From: Azolla caroliniana | Taxonomy: Eukaryota; Plantae; Polypodiophyta | DNA: 64,000 nt | Reading direction: 5' to 3' | Assembly (NCBI GenBank): GCA_043228905.1 | Contig: JBHGNT010000006.1 | Location: 12,710,001-12,774,000 of the forward strand | Shown here: piece after piece, positions 12,163 to 26,545 of the stretch | Layout: each line of letters starts with the position of its first letter | Position numbering within the stretch: the first letter of the stretch is position 1 | The notes under the pieces: generated by a model | Database searches by the model: none | Told to the model about the DNA's origin: nothing | The model's input: only the letters and a program-made list of their open reading frames with translations | Program-made: the position numbers and the translations under genes

Positions 12163-15100
12163 TGTTGAGAATGAAGCTCAACTTGGTCTAGTGTGTGAAC
12201 TCACCTTGAGAGTGAATAGACACTCCAACGGTCAAGAGTCACCATTATGTCACCACTTTGTATTCTAGCATTTAGTATGAGTCATAGAATCATATTGTAT
12301 GACACATAACTTATGACCTTTCACTTTCCCCATGCTCCATGAGCCTTGTAGTTAATGAAGAGAGAGGGTGACTATATAAAGCACCCTCCTCCCACCTTGT
12401 ATAATGTTGAGTCTTTCTCCTTTCTTAATATACTTTACCTTTCGTATTCTATGTGTCTTACTCCTTGTCTCTCTCACACACACTCTCTCTCTCTCTCATA
12501 CACACACAGTTCATATCTATTCCGCTGCACAGAATCCATCTCTTGATTCTTTACATGGTATTAGAGCAGCTTGGTATCTCAATCTAGCCCATCCGCGTGC
12601 GTTGTTTCCTACGCCGACGACCAAGAACCGGCCCATCGCTATCGTAGCTTCGCTACATAGCTTGCATTTGAAGAGAGAAGAAGAAGAAGAAGAAGAATCA
12701 ACATAATGAATACTCAAATGGGGAGTGCTCTCCCTACCGAGAAGTTGGATCGAAACAACTTCGCATCTTGGGAGTACAAGATGCATCAATACCTTGTCAG
12801 ACAAGGCTATTGGAGCTACATCAAAGGAGTGCACAAAGACCGACCCATCGAAACGGCTTCCAGATACGCGACATGGGAGCAAGCCGCAAGCCGCAAGCCT
12901 CGTGATGTATTGCTTGGCGACATGTGTTCACGATCACATGCTCGGCTACATTCGCGAAGCCAAGACGCTGAAGGAGGCATGGGAAAATCTACGAAAGATT
13001 TTCGCGGCGAACACAATCGCAAGAAGGCTTCAACTCCGCCAAGAGTTGAACAACATTCAACAAAGGGACATGTCCATCATGACATACACCTTGAAGATCA
13101 AGGAGCTTTGTGACTTGCTCGGCTCGATAAACGTAAATATCGATGATGATGAGATGGTGCAAGTATGCCTCGGCGGCCTCGCAATGCGAACCACCGTTCT
13201 AGCAAGGGAGAAATCTCCCTCCTTCTTCGAGCTCCAATCAATGCTATTGGTCGAAGAAAACCACGTGCATACAAGGAGCAATGAGTCAGAAGGCCAAATG
13301 CTCTACACGCACTCGAACGGAGGAAGAGGACATGGACGAGCGAGACGCCGATTCGGCCAAGGACAAGGCTGACGAGGTCCGAACTATGATAACAACTCCC
13401 AATTTCTGCCGCAAAACAGAAGTCAACGAGGAATCTTCGCAAGAAGGGGGAGCTTCCACTCCGGCCTGAGCTATCAAAACACAACCGAATGCGGATATTG
13501 CAGAAAGCTCGGCCACCACAAAGAAGAGTGCCGAAAGAAGATGGGTGAATCGGCTTCCACAAGCTGACAACTCACGAATTACGCGCACATTTCTTACTAC
13601 GAAGAGTATAGCGGAATGTATGGGCACAACTCCGACTATGAAGATCGTGGCAAAATGTATGCACACAACTCCGACCGTGGCGGAATGTTCATGATGAAAC
13701 ATAGAGCAAACTCTATGTCGGTCTCTACCTCAACTAGTGCCCTCAATTCGGAGGACGTATGGTTTGTTGACTCCGGCGCCTCAAACCATATGACATCTCA
13801 TAAAGACTGGTTTCGCGAACTTCGAGAGCTGGAGCGACCCAACCCGGTTATGTCGAAACCGGAGATGACACTACGCACCCGATTCGGCACATCGGCAATG
13901 TTCCATTCGGCGAAAGAGGTAAGCATACATACATTAAAAATGTCTTGCATGTTCCCACCATCATGAAGAATTTGGTCTCGGTCGGCCAAATGGTTGAGCA
14001 AGGGATGCAAGTACGATTCGACCAAGAAGGGTGCTTCATCGAATAAGAGGGCCGAATCATCGTGCGCGGAAGAAGATAGGGCTGGATGTTCATTCTCGAT
14101 TCACACGAGATGAAATCCGCCATGTTCACAAAAAGCATGAAAGCTGACTCTGACATAGAGCTATGGCACAAGTGAATCGGCAAAATCAATCTCAACAAAC
14201 TCAAAGCAATGAAATCAAAAGGAGTCGTCATCGGACTCCCGACATTCAAAGAGAAGGAGATTGAAGGTGTATGCAAAGCATGCCAATTCGGCAAGCAACA
14301 CCGACACCCATTCCTGAAAGAGCGGAACGTGAGCAAAGGTCACTCAACGTAGTCCATTCCGACGTATGGGGATCAGCGCAGACGGCTACATTCGGCAAAT
14401 GCCAATATTACGTGCTCTTCATCGACGACTTCTCTAGGCACACGTGGTTCTATCCGATGCAGAAAAAGAGAGAAGTGTTCGAACACTTCCAAAGGTTTAA
14501 AAACGAAGTCGAAAAAGCCATTGGTCGTCATGTACGATGCCTTCGATCAAATGGCGGCAAGGAGTACTTCTTGGATGATTTCACGGCGTATCTCCGAAAG
14601 GAAGGAATTCAGCGAGAATTCACTTGCCAACACACTCCGCAACAAAACGGAGTAGCTGAGTGCAAAAATCGGCACATCCTCGAAGTAGCACGGGCCATGA
14701 TGAACGAGAAGCATATGCCCAAGTCATATTGGGCTGAAGTTGAAAATACGGTCGTCTACCTAATGAACCGGTGCACAACATCCGGAGTACACGAGGTCAC
14801 TCCACACAACAAATACTTCGGAAAGAAGCTGGACTTATCGCACACCCGGATATTCGTCGCGATAGCGTACGTGCACATCCCCGACGAGAAGCCTCAAAAG
14901 CTTGACCCGAAGTCGAAGAAATGTATCCTCGTAGTATACTCACTGGAGCAAAAGGGGTATGAGTGCTACAACCCCTCAACTCGAAAATCTTGAGTAAGTC
15001 GAGACGTCATTTTTGACGAGTCCACATCCTGGTACGCACCAGAGACAACTTCGACTCCGACTCCGCTCGACCCGGAATCCGCCAAACAAGAGATAGAGGA

Positions 15101-17581
15101 TGAAGATCGCTTTACATGCATGTTCGAAGAAAGTCCAATCACGACCCGATTGAAAGGCAAGGCGAAAATGTCGGAATACGAAGACGATCGCTTCGATGAC
15201 GATGAGTCGACACACTCACTCGATAGTGAGTTCGGCGGCTTCGATGTACCAATCGAAGCTATGAAAGCCCTCATCTCTGCAAATGAAAAGCTCCGTCGCT
15301 CCACCCGTGAAAAGAATCCGGTCAGCCGATTCGGCTACAACGATTACATGGCATATCACTATGCCTTTATGATGAAGGTGACGACAGCACGCGAGCCAGA
15401 AACATTTTCCGAAGTAGGCAAGGATCCGCGATGGATCGAAGCCATGAACGAGGAGATGCAGGCACTATGCAAGAATGAGACGTGGGATCTCGTTCCTAGC
15501 TCACCACACAAAAAGGTGATCAGATGCAGATGGATTTACAAAGTGAAGTACAACGCCGACAGTTCCGTCAACCGCTACAAAGAGCGACTCGTAGCGAAAG
15601 GCTACGTGCACAAACGCACGGAGTTGACTACGAAGAGACCTTTGCCCGGTGGCAAAGATGACGACGGTACGGACCGTAATTACGCTTGCCGCGGCGAAAG
15701 GGTGGCACCTCCATCAAATGGATGTCAAGAACTCCTTTCTACAAGGAGAATTAGAAGAGGAGGTGTACATGATACAACCACCCGGCTTCAACTCGAGCAC
15801 CCATCCGAAAGTTGTATGCTGACTCAAGAAGCTACTCTACGGCCTCAAGCAAGCACCGCGTGCTTCACATTCGAAGATAACGCAATATCTTCATCAAATC
15901 AGCTTCCGTATGTCCAAATCGGACAACTCCCTCTACATACAAAGCGATTCCGCAAGTCTGATCGTCATCATCTTATATGTGGATGACCCAGTCATTGGAG
16001 GTGAGCATCTCGTTGAAATCAATAAGGTCAAATCCCTCCTTTCCGACAAGTTCGAGATGACGGACATGAAGGAGCTCCACTACTACCTCGGCATCAAGGT
16101 AATTCGGACTCCGGTCGGAATCATGATCTCTCAACGGCACTACATCCTCAACTTGTTATACAAGTTCGGGATGGCTGAGTGCAAATCCGCGGCAACCCCG
16201 CTCGATCGCAATCTCAAACTAGATGCGAACTCCAGCACCAAAGCGTGTGAGCCGACTCAATATCGGCAACTCATCGGGAGTCTCATCTACCTCACGATCA
16301 CTCGACCCGATCTCAATTATCGTGTCGATCTCCTTAGCCAATTCATGCAAACACCGCGTGATACTCACTTGGATTGCACTAAGCGAGTTCTACGATACGT
16401 GAGCGACACAATGGATTACAACATCCTCTACAAGACCACGATGCCAATACGACTCGAGGGGTACATAGACGCCAATTGGGCCGGCTACAAAGCTGATAGA
16501 AGATCAACCTCCAGATTTGTTTTTTCCCTCGGCAGTGGAGCAATATCCTAAAGCATCAAAAAGCAAACAACCGTCGCTCTTTCGAGCACAGAGGCAGAAT
16601 ACAGGGGCACGGTAGTAGCGGCATGTGAAGCCGTATGGCTCAAAAGGATACTCAAGGATCTGGGCATACCCATCAAAGATCCGACTTCCCTTTACTACGA
16701 CAACATGAGTAGTATCTATCTGGCTCGAAACCTGGTGTTCCACGCGCGGACAAAGCACATCGAAGTGCGCTATCACTTCATCCGAGAGCGCGTTCTAGTT
16801 GGCGATGTCGACCTCCAACACATTAGCACAAATCTTCAAACGGCCGACATCTTCACTAAAGCCTTAGGAGCCGACAAGCTATGGCAATTCATGACCGATC
16901 TCAGATTGACGATCCCTGACCTACCAAGCTTGAGGGGGAGTACTAAAGACGCCACGCAATAACGTGTGGATTCCGCAACCGTGCAACGAAGCCGTGAAAA
17001 GCCGATCTACTGCACAGAGCCGCGAAGAAAGACGCAAGCCAAAGCACAGACTTCGCAACTACGCACAACGCAAGCTGCAGCATGCATTCCGCAACTCCGC
17101 ATAAATGCGAGTCGACGAGGACTCTGGAATGCGAGTCGAAGCGGATTTCGAATACCGTCTAAAACCAACCCAACTTGAGCTTGAGGGGGCGTGTTGAGAA
17201 TCAAGCTCAATTTGGTCTACTGTGTGAACTCACCTTGGGAGTGAATAGACACTCCAACGGTCAAGAGTCACCATTATGTCACCACTTTGTATTCTAGCAT
17301 TTAGTATGAGTCATAGAATCATATTCTATAAATATAACTTATGAGCTTTCACATTCCCCATTCTCCATGAGCCTTGTAGTTAATGAAGAGAGAGGGTGAC
17401 TATATAAAGCACCCTCCTCCCACCTTGTATAATGTTGAGTCTTTCTCCTTTGTTAATATACTTTACCTTGCGTATTCTCTGTGTCTTACTCCTTGTCTCT
17501 CTCTCACTCTCTCTCTCTCTCATACACACACACAGTTCATATCTATTCCGCTGCACAAAATCCATCTCTTGATTCTTTACA
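12163..17581 (+). mobile_element. Complete but decayed Copia element B nested in A (LTRs 12163-12555 and 17192-17581)
   Basis: TG...CA LTR pair of ~390 bp; PBS TGGTATTAGAGC 12556-12567; PPT before 17192; TSD ATTCA/GTTCA; gag-PR-INT-RT-RH with stops and frameshifts. Confidence 0.93.
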
Positions 17582-17891
17582 GTTCATTCTCGACTCACAC
17601 GAGATGAAATCGGTCAAGTTCACAAAGGGCATGAAGGCCGATTCCGACATAGAGTTATGGCACAAGTGGATTAGCCATATAAACCTCCAAAAGCTCAAGA
17701 CAATGCAATCAAACGGAGTCGTCATAGGGCTCCCGACATTCACGGAGAAAGAGATTGAAGGCGTGTGTGCCACTTGCCAATTCTGCAAGCAACATCAGCA
17801 CTCATTTCCGAAGGAGCGGAACATGAGCAAAGGCGTAATCGACGTAATTCATTCCGATGTATGGGGTCCGGCTCAGACGGCGACATTCGGC

Positions 17892-20485
17892 AAGAACCTG
17901 TCGTTCTTCAAGATGTGCTACTTGTGCCCCGCATCTCTACAAACCTACTTTTGGTTTACAAAATCACCAAGCAAGGTTATGGAGTCTACTTTGATAGCTC
18001 AGTTTTGGAAGTGATTGACACCAACAACCTACAAATTGTAGCTAGTGGCACACAAGAAGGGGGTTTATATCACCTAAAAAGCTCCCATAGCCCCTTGGAA
18101 AACTCCAAATCTCATCTTCTTCATCTTCTTCAAGGCTCTCATGCCTTGATGGCACAAGAAGATCCCACATTGTGGCATGCTAGGTTTGGTCATCTCAACT
18201 ATGATTCTCTTCAAAAGCTCTCCTCTTCCCAACTAGTTGAGGGTCTTCCTATTTTCAAATCTCCCAATACCCCATGTGTTGCTTGTCTTCATGGCAAGCA
18301 ACATCAAGAGCCTTTCCCTCATGAAGCCACTCACCGAGCAACATCTATCTTGGAGTTAGTGCACATGGATCTTTGTGGTCCCATGAAAACCACTACTCTT
18401 GGTGGTGCACACTACTTCATGCTTATAATTGATGACTTCTCCCGCAAGGTTTGGGTTTATTTTCTTGTAGAAAAATCCCAAGCCTTCGCAAAATTTCAAG
18501 AATGGGTAGCTCTCGTGGAGAACGAGACATCGAAGAAAGTTCGAAAGATTAGGTCGGAGAATGGTGGAGAGTTTATCTCCCAAGCTTTCCACCATTTCTG
18601 CTCTCAACGAGGCATTGCTCGCCAATTTTCTACACCCAATACTCCTCAACAAAATGGAGTCGTGGAAAGGAAGAACCGGACAGTCCAAGAGATGGCTCGT
18701 ACGATGCTATCTCAATCTGATCTTCCTCTCTCATTTTGGGGTGAAGCTGTCAACAGAGCAGTCTACATCATCAACTGCTGCCCAACAAAAGCAGTTGCTA
18801 GAATGACGCCTGAAGAAGAATTTACAGGCGTAAAGCCCTCAGTATCTCATTTTAAAGTCTTTGGTTGTGATGCTTATGTTCACATTTCAGATCATAAAAG
18901 GACGAAATTTGAGTCCAAAACCAAGAAATGCAAATTTCTTGGTTATAGCACACAATCTAAAGCATACAGGTTATGGGATTTAGAGTCAAAGTCCCTAGTC
19001 ATATCTAGGGATGTTCATTTTGTGGAGTCTCAGCCGGATCACTCTAGGATTTCACCTGAGTTCATGGTTTAAATCCAAGCTCCTCCGGAATCTCCTATTT
19101 TAGACGAAGATGTCTCATCTTCAAGCCCCCCATCTCCTCCTACTCAATCTCTAACTTCGCCAACAATTCAAACCTCTCCCTCAACTCCACTTGTTTCCAC
19201 TCCCTCTACAAACCAGCTTCCACCACTTCCCAAGTGGCTTCAAGCCACCATTCATGATTCTCATCTCTCCGATGCTGAACTTCATGAGTATACATCTGGT
19301 TCTCGAACACGTAAGTCACAACGGCCTTTTCACTCATGCAACTTTGCCTTATTGTGCACTGTTGTGCAATCAAAAGAACCCACAACAGCAAAAGAGGCCC
19401 TTGTTCTTCCAAAGTGGAAAGCAGCAATGGAAGTTGAGCTTGATTCCATTGAGCGGAATCATACATGGGAGCTGGTCCCACAGCCTCTACATCGACAAGT
19501 CATTGGATTGAAACGGATTTTCAAGACCAAATACCATGCTGATGGTACTTTGGATAAGCACAAGGCACGTTTAGTGGCAAAAGGCTACTCACAAGTCGAA
19601 GAAGTGGATTATGAGGAAACTTTTGCTCCAACAGCAAGGTACACCTCCATCTGATGTGCGCTTGCACTTGCTGCTCACAACAAATGGGCCATTTTTCAAA
19701 TGGATGTCAAGTCAACCTTCCTTAACGGTGACTTGAAAGAGGAGGTTTATGTTGAACAGCCTCCAGGTTTCGAGATTTTAGAGCAGAAAAACATGGTCTA
19801 CAGGTTACACAAAGCCTTGTATGGCTTAAAGCAAGCTCCCAAAGCTTGGCATGACAAAATTGATAGCTTCTTTCTCTCTCTTGGGTTTCAGAACTGTTAT
19901 GCTGACAACAATCTCTCTCTCTCTCTCTATATATATATTTTTCCTACTTCCAAAGCATGCCATTAATCAGCTCTTCGGTCGACTCAATGTTTGATGGCCG
20001 TTCTGGAGCTGAGAGGAGGTGTTGGAGGGTGGCAGCTCCAGACTTGCACTCTCTTTCATATTTATTATCTCTGTACTACATTCTCTCTTTTCCCAAATTC
20101 TTCTCTCTCTAGAATCTACAACTCTTTAAATGCCTTCTCTCTCTAGAATCTGCAATGCTTTAAATGCCTTTTCTTCTCTTCTACTTTTTCCAAGATATTC
20201 CCTTTTATTCCTAGTTTTTTGTACCTGTTTGGTAGTACAAAAGCCACTTTACTACCAAACAACCATTTCACCCACTTTCCCCAATTTTGTATAAATAGGC
20301 TATACCAACTTGTTTTGTAAAGACTTTTTTTACTTTGGTTGCTACTTAAAAACAAGCTCTATTCCTTGGTTGTCTTTGCTCTTTGCAACCATTTCTTCTA
20401 CTGTTGTCTAACAGCCTTCTCACAGCTTGGCTGTGCCTATTTTGTTTTAAGTCTTCCGCTGCTGCTATTAACAGCTTTTCTCACA
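17892..20485 (+). mobile_element. Copia family C fragment (PR end, INT, part of RT, LTR end at 20485)
   Basis: ORF 17765-19072: WHARFGH, HMDLCGP, ENGGEF, PQQNGVVERKNRT; RT ARLVAKGY; terminus AACAGCTTTTCTCACA matches the LTR end next to the PBS at 30691-30702. Confidence 0.85.
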
Positions 20486-22397
20486 ATTATCTGTTCTGAG
20501 ACATTTCAATTTTGTCCCTTTTTGAGTAGTCACAAATGCATGAAAAGATTTAAATGCATCAAATGCATCACCTTTTCTTTTCATCAAGTACACCCAAATC
20601 TTCTTAGAATAATCATCGATAAAGGAAAAAAAATGTGCAGCACCGCCCAAGGATTTTATAGGCATGCTACATACATCAGAATGCACCAAATCTAGCACAT
20701 TTGGTTTACGAGAGATACCAGAATAATAAGAATTTCTCACTTGTTTGCAAAATAGACAATCATTACAAAAAACCAGCTTTGATCCTTTAACATCAAATCT
20801 TTTTAGAGCAGAAAGGACTTCAAGTCCTTTTTGGCTCATATGTCCTAATCTCTTATGCCAAAGCTCTAAACGAGAGCCAAATTCAGCAATAGCAAGAAAC
20901 TTTCCAGGTAAAGCTTTAGATTGCAAATAGTACAGAGTGCCCTTTTTGCAACCTTTCACAATAACCATAGATTCTTTCTTTAGTTTCCACAATCCACCAC
21001 CGAATAATGTGGTGTAACCATGCAAATCCATCTGTCCTATAGATAACAAACTTTTCTTAATGCCAGGTACATACCTAACATCTTTGAGCACGAGCTCTTG
21101 ACCATTATCCAAAGTCAAGTGTATGATTCCAATACCATCAATATTGCAAGCACTATTGTTACCAAGATAAACTTTTCCATAACTACCTGCGTCAAATGTG
21201 GTAAAGCACTCCAAACATGGAGTAAGATGAAAAGAAGCCCTAGAGTCTACTATCCATATCTGTGTCAATCCATCATTGATTGACAATAAAGCATCAATAA
21301 CATCTGTTTTGGTGATTTGCATGTCTTGAACATGAGCTATGAAGGCATCACCTGTAATACAAAGTACATCACCATCTTCACCAGATAGGTCTTCAATGAT
21401 AACATTTGAAGTCATATTAGCTTTCTCTGTTGTGTTAAATTTATCATCTTTATTTTTCTTCTCTCCTACATTCGTCTTCCTTTCTGGTTCCATCTTCAAA
21501 TATCTACAATTAGGTTTCTTATGACCTTTATGGCCACACTGATAGCATGTGATATCTTGTTGCTTTCCTTTCCCTCTACTCTTACTTCTATTTCTTTGTC
21601 CTACATTTGGGTTCCTCTTATCATATCTCCCCCTAATATTGTATGTTGAACCACTACCTTCTCTACTAGATTGTCTCCTAATCTCTTCACTGAGAATAGA
21701 GCCCCACACCATCGAAGGTCAAGGTGGGGCTATTAGATAGTGAAACAACTAATGTTTCCCACGAATCAGGTAAAGTCATAAGTAAGAAAATAGCTTTGAG
21801 CTTGTCATCAAAAGCTAGTAATCCTGAATCTTGTAGTTGGGAGAGAGTACCTGTGAATAATGATAGATGCTCTGTTGCACCTTTCGACTCATCAAGCCTC
21901 ATACTGATAAGTTTTCTCATCAAATGCACCTGATTCACAGGAGTGGTATTCTCGTAAGTTTTCTTAAGTTTCTCCCAAACTTGATGGGTAGTAATCAAGC
22001 CCTTTATATCTACAAGAATTTCATCAAAAACAACCATTTTAATATATGTAATGGCTTTCTTATTCAGAGTGTTCCAAGCATCATTTTCCATGCTCTCTGG
22101 TTTCTTTTCTAGGAGAGCATCTTCACAATCTCTCAGAAAGAGGATGCCCAGCATACGCTCTTTCTATAATTCAAAACCTTTTCCATCAAATCTCTTGATT
22201 TCAAAGAGGTTTTCATTTCAGTTGAAGTGGAGGCCATTGCTCCCAAGATTTATGACAGATGCCTTCAGAAAATTGAGTAGAATACCAATAGGAAAGGGTT
22301 TGACAGAAATTTTTAAAAAAAAAAAACTGTGTTTTCTACTGATTCTGAATCTAAAAAAAACAGCAAAGCAGAGGAAAGAGATTTGGCTCTGATACCA
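20486..22397 (-). mobile_element. Tnt1-like Copia element D (PBS, gag, PR, INT start), truncated
   Basis: Minus-strand PBS 22386-22397; CYQCGHKGHKKPNC, WIVDSRAS, WHKRLGH, HSDVC, CLRTDN. Confidence 0.85.
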
Positions 22398-22720
22398 GTT
22401 AAAGGATCAAAGCTGGTTTTTTGTAATGATTGTCTATTTGGCAAACAAGTGAGAAATTCTTATTATTCTGGTATCTCTCGTAAACCAAATGTGCTAGATT
22501 TGGTGCATTCTGATGTATGTAGCATGCCTGTAAAATCCTTGGGCGGTGCTGCATATTTTATTTCCTTTATCGATTCTAGGAAGATTTGGGTGTACTTGAT
22601 GAAAAGAAAAGGTGATGCATTTGATGCATTTAAATCTTTTCAGGCATTTGTGACTACTCAAAAAGGGACAAAATTGAAATGTCTCAGAACAGATAATGGG
22701 GGTGAGTTTACATCAGCAGG
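22398..22720 (+). repeat. Inverted duplicate of element D integrase segment (20486-20791)
   Basis: Near-identical reverse complement; both encode VKGSKLVFCNDCLF...KLKCLRTDN. Confidence 0.9.
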
Positions 22721-22892
22721 ATTATCCTGTGTTTGGATCGGATTGTTATGCTATGTTTGTGTCTAGGCTTTGTAATGAGAATGAGCTTGTTTCTTTTTTT
22801 GATGAAGCACAGAATTCATAAAATTGGATGGCTGCAATGTAATCAAAGTATGATGCTATTGGCACCATGGGGTTATACATGCTAAAGCATAA

Positions 22893-25660
22893 TGTTGGGT
22901 TCTTGTTTTGAATCACAAAAACTTCCCCACTTTTGGGTTATGAGAGTATTTATAGATAGAGAGAAAAAACCTCCTAAATAGGGAAAAAATGCCCTTGTAG
23001 TCCTAAGTGTGTTCACACACATCACTATCGAAAGATATCAACAAATCCCCCTTGGGAGTGATGTGGTGAACAAGGAGCTAGAAGTCATGGTTAAGGAAGT
23101 GCCAAGCTATGTGGACAGAGATCAATCCACAAATGGAAGTAGAGCTTTGCGGAAAGCTTCAAACTTCTCCCTAGGTAGAGCCTTTGAGAAAAGGTCTGCA
23201 ATGTTCTCGTGCATGGGCACATAAGCCAAACTGATCTCACCAACGTAGAACCTTTCCCTGACATAGTGATAATGCACCTCAATGTGCTTAGTGCGAGCAT
23301 GGAACACAGGGTTCCCTGCAATTGCCAATGCGGTTTGATTGTCAGTGAAGATGGTGGTGGCAGAAGACTGACCAACTCCCAAAAAGCTAAAAGGCGTCTG
23401 AGCCACCCACACTCAACTGTAGCTGTGAAAGCTGCCCTATACTCAGCCTCACAACTGTAGTAGGCTGCTTCTTGCTCAACCAAGAAATGCATGAGCTACC
23501 AAGCATGAAGCTAAAACCACTTGTGGACACAAGTGTCATAACAACTAGCTCAATCAAAGTCAGAAAAAGCATGCAAATCTGATGGTAGTGATCCCCCCTT
23601 GGGATAAAACAATGCAAGTGATTGGGTACCATTCAAGTAGCGAAAGATGCGCTTAACTGCCTGCCAATGCTTAACTCTTGGGCAATGCATAAACCTGCTC
23701 ATCTGAGAGACAACAAATTGAATATCAGGTTGGGTTATGCATAAGTAAATCAAGCATCCAATTGCTTGCTAATAGAGAACAACATCAAATGCATCTCCAA
23801 CATCATGAAGGCTCAAACGTAAACCTGTATCCATGGGAGTGGCAATAGGTTTACAGTCTTCAAGGCCAAAACGCTGCAATAATGTGTCAATGTGTTTCGA
23901 TTGACACAAAGCTATTCCACCATCAACTTGCATAAATTGAATGCCCAAATAATGATGCAAATGCCCCAAATCTGACATCTCAAAAGAGGCATGCAAATCA
24001 CACTCAAAGTCAGCAATGTGCTTTTCATTGGGACCAATGAGCAACATGTCATCGACATACACAACCATGTTCAGAAATACATCATCAGCACACTTAACAT
24101 ATAAGGTGCTTTCAGTTGTACTATTCTCAAACCCAAATGCAATCAAATAGGCATGTATCTTTTCATACCAAGAACGTGGTGCTTGCTTCAAGCCATATAA
24201 TGCCTTTGCACACTTTGTGTTCATGCCCTTTTTGCACAAAACCACAGGACTGAGATACATACACTTCCTCATGAAGATCACCATTTAAAAATGTTGTTTT
24301 AATGTCCAACCGATGTAAATTCCAATCACGATGAGCTGCAATTGCACAAATGCTATGAACAATAGTCATACGGCAGGTGGGAGCAAAGGTCTCATCAAAA
24401 TCAATGCCTTTTTCTTGGGCATAACGTTTCGCAACAAGCCTAGCCTTATATTTGTCCACTATTCCATCAGGTTTACGCTTTAGCTTATATACCCACTTAG
24501 TGCCAATAGCCTTCTTGCTAGGAGGCAAGTCACATAAAGACCATGTACCAGTCTCCATAATAGCATCATATTCTAATTGCATAGCAGCCATCCAATTTTC
24601 TGAATTTTGTGCTTCATCAAAAGAAATAGGCTCATTCTCATCCCAAAGAGGCAGCCATAGCATTACAATCTGATGCAAAAGAAGCACTATGAGAACCTGA
24701 ACAAGTACGGTATGACAAAGGAACATCTAATTTGCTATCTTGCAAAGTTTACAACAGCCATTTAGGCACAATTTTTGCCTCCTCTATATCAGCCCTCTCA
24801 TTAATAGGTACATCATATAAGTCTGCACCAGAAATGGAATGATCTGCATCAGAAATGGAATGATCTGCATCAGAAATGGAATGATCTGCATCATTATGAG
24901 TAGCTTCCAAAGGCTGAGAAGGTACCTCAAGTGGGCCAACACTTAACTGTCCACTTGTAAAAAGAGGTTGCGAAGTGTCGTACTGATCTTTGGAGCTAAC
25001 TGATGTCTCCTTAGTACATGAAAGCAATGGCTAAATTGCATCCTCCACAAAAACAACATCATGGCTAACCAGAATGCGTTTAGTCTGTGGATGATATAGA
25101 CGATAGCCTTTACTTTCAGAACTGTATCCAACAAAAATACATTTCACTGCTTTATTATCCAATTTTTTGCGTTCTTGTTTAGGCACTAATGCATATGCCA
25201 AACAACCAAAAACACACGGATGAGCAACAGATAGCTTGCAGCCATGCCAAGCCTCATACGGAGTGATAGACTGCAGTGCTTTAGTGGGACACTTGTTAAG
25301 TACATATGCTGCACACATGACAACCTCAAGCCAGAAACTATGTGGTAAAGCCTGACTTTTGCCCATACATCTCACCATTTCTATGAGTGACTAGTTCTTT
25401 CTTTTAACAACTCCATTCTGTTGAGGTGTATATGGCATTGTACATTGATGTTTTATCCCACGTTCAGCCAAAAATGCATTAAAATCAAAAGACATATACT
25501 CCCCCCCTCGATCAAAGCATGTTTTAAAACCACGGGGCTGCACACGTGACCTGTTTTGCCTAGACTGATCATCCTGTAACCAAATAGAAACTAACTCCTG
25601 GAATGATAAGGCATTGGGATTACCTTTCATCATTAAACGAAGAGTAGAAGCAAAACTCTA
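22893..25660 (-). mobile_element. Decayed Copia element E (INT-RT-RNase H; short 3' LTR ~22893-23043)
   Basis: TPQQNG, KARLVAK, VYVDDML, ARTKHIEVHYHY; PPT-like GGGGGATT next to a TG...CA segment. Confidence 0.8.
24823..24892. repeat. 21-bp tandem repeat x3 in the element E INT-RT linker
   Basis: TCTGCATCAGAAATGGAATGA units (ADHSISD repeats). Confidence 0.85.
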
Positions 25661-26545
25661 CTATGAAATAGGAAGACCGTCATTACTTCCTTGGGATCGA
25701 AGTGATCCGCACCCCTAAAGGCATACTGATCAGCCAATAACATTATGTGCTGAGTATGCTCTTCAAATTCGGAATGACGGATTGCAAATCTGTCTCTGCT
25801 CCTCTAGATCGAAATGTCAAGCTTCGGCCCGAATCAGGAACGACATGCGATCCAACACGGTTCCGACAGATTGTCAGAGGCCTTATCAACCTGACCATCA
25901 CCTGTCTGGACCTCAGCAATCCGGTCGGCTTGATCAGTCAGTTTATGTCGCAGCCAACAGTCGAGCATCTTCAGTGCGCGCAAAGGATCTTGCGCTTTGT
26001 AAGCGGCACGAAAGACAGGGTGTTGCTATATTGAACCGGTGTAGTCAGACAACAAGTCGGCTACATAGATGCCAATTGGGCCGGAAATGTCGGCGATCGC
26101 TGGTCAACGTCAGGCTTTGCATTTTCACTTGGAAGCGCCGCAATCGCCTGGAGCAATAGTAAGAAGCAACCGGCAGTGGCACTGTTGAGCACCGAGGCTG
26201 AATACCGAGGAGTGGCTATCGCGACATGCGAAGCCATATGGCTGAAGCGGCTCTTGAAGGATCTGCATGTGGAGGTGTCTGAACCGACAGTGATATACTG
26301 CAACAACCTCAACAACATCCAACTTGCGAAGAACCCCGTTTTCCACGCCCGAACAAAGCACATTGAGGTGCACTATCATTTTGTCCGTGAGTGAGTTCTT
26401 TCCGGTGAAGTCGAACTTGTGTATGTTCCGACAGATCGGCAGGTTGCCGATATCTTCACCAAACCTCTCAGCTTAGACAAATTGCGGCATTTTTCGGGCA
26501 TGCTTTGTGTACAGCACCCCGACATGCCGAACTTGAGGGGGAGAA
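25660..26545 (+). pseudogene. Copia RT-end / RNase H fragment F
   Basis: STEAEYR, ARTKHIEVHYHFVRE, VADIFTKPL; followed by TTGAGGGGGAG. Confidence 0.8.
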
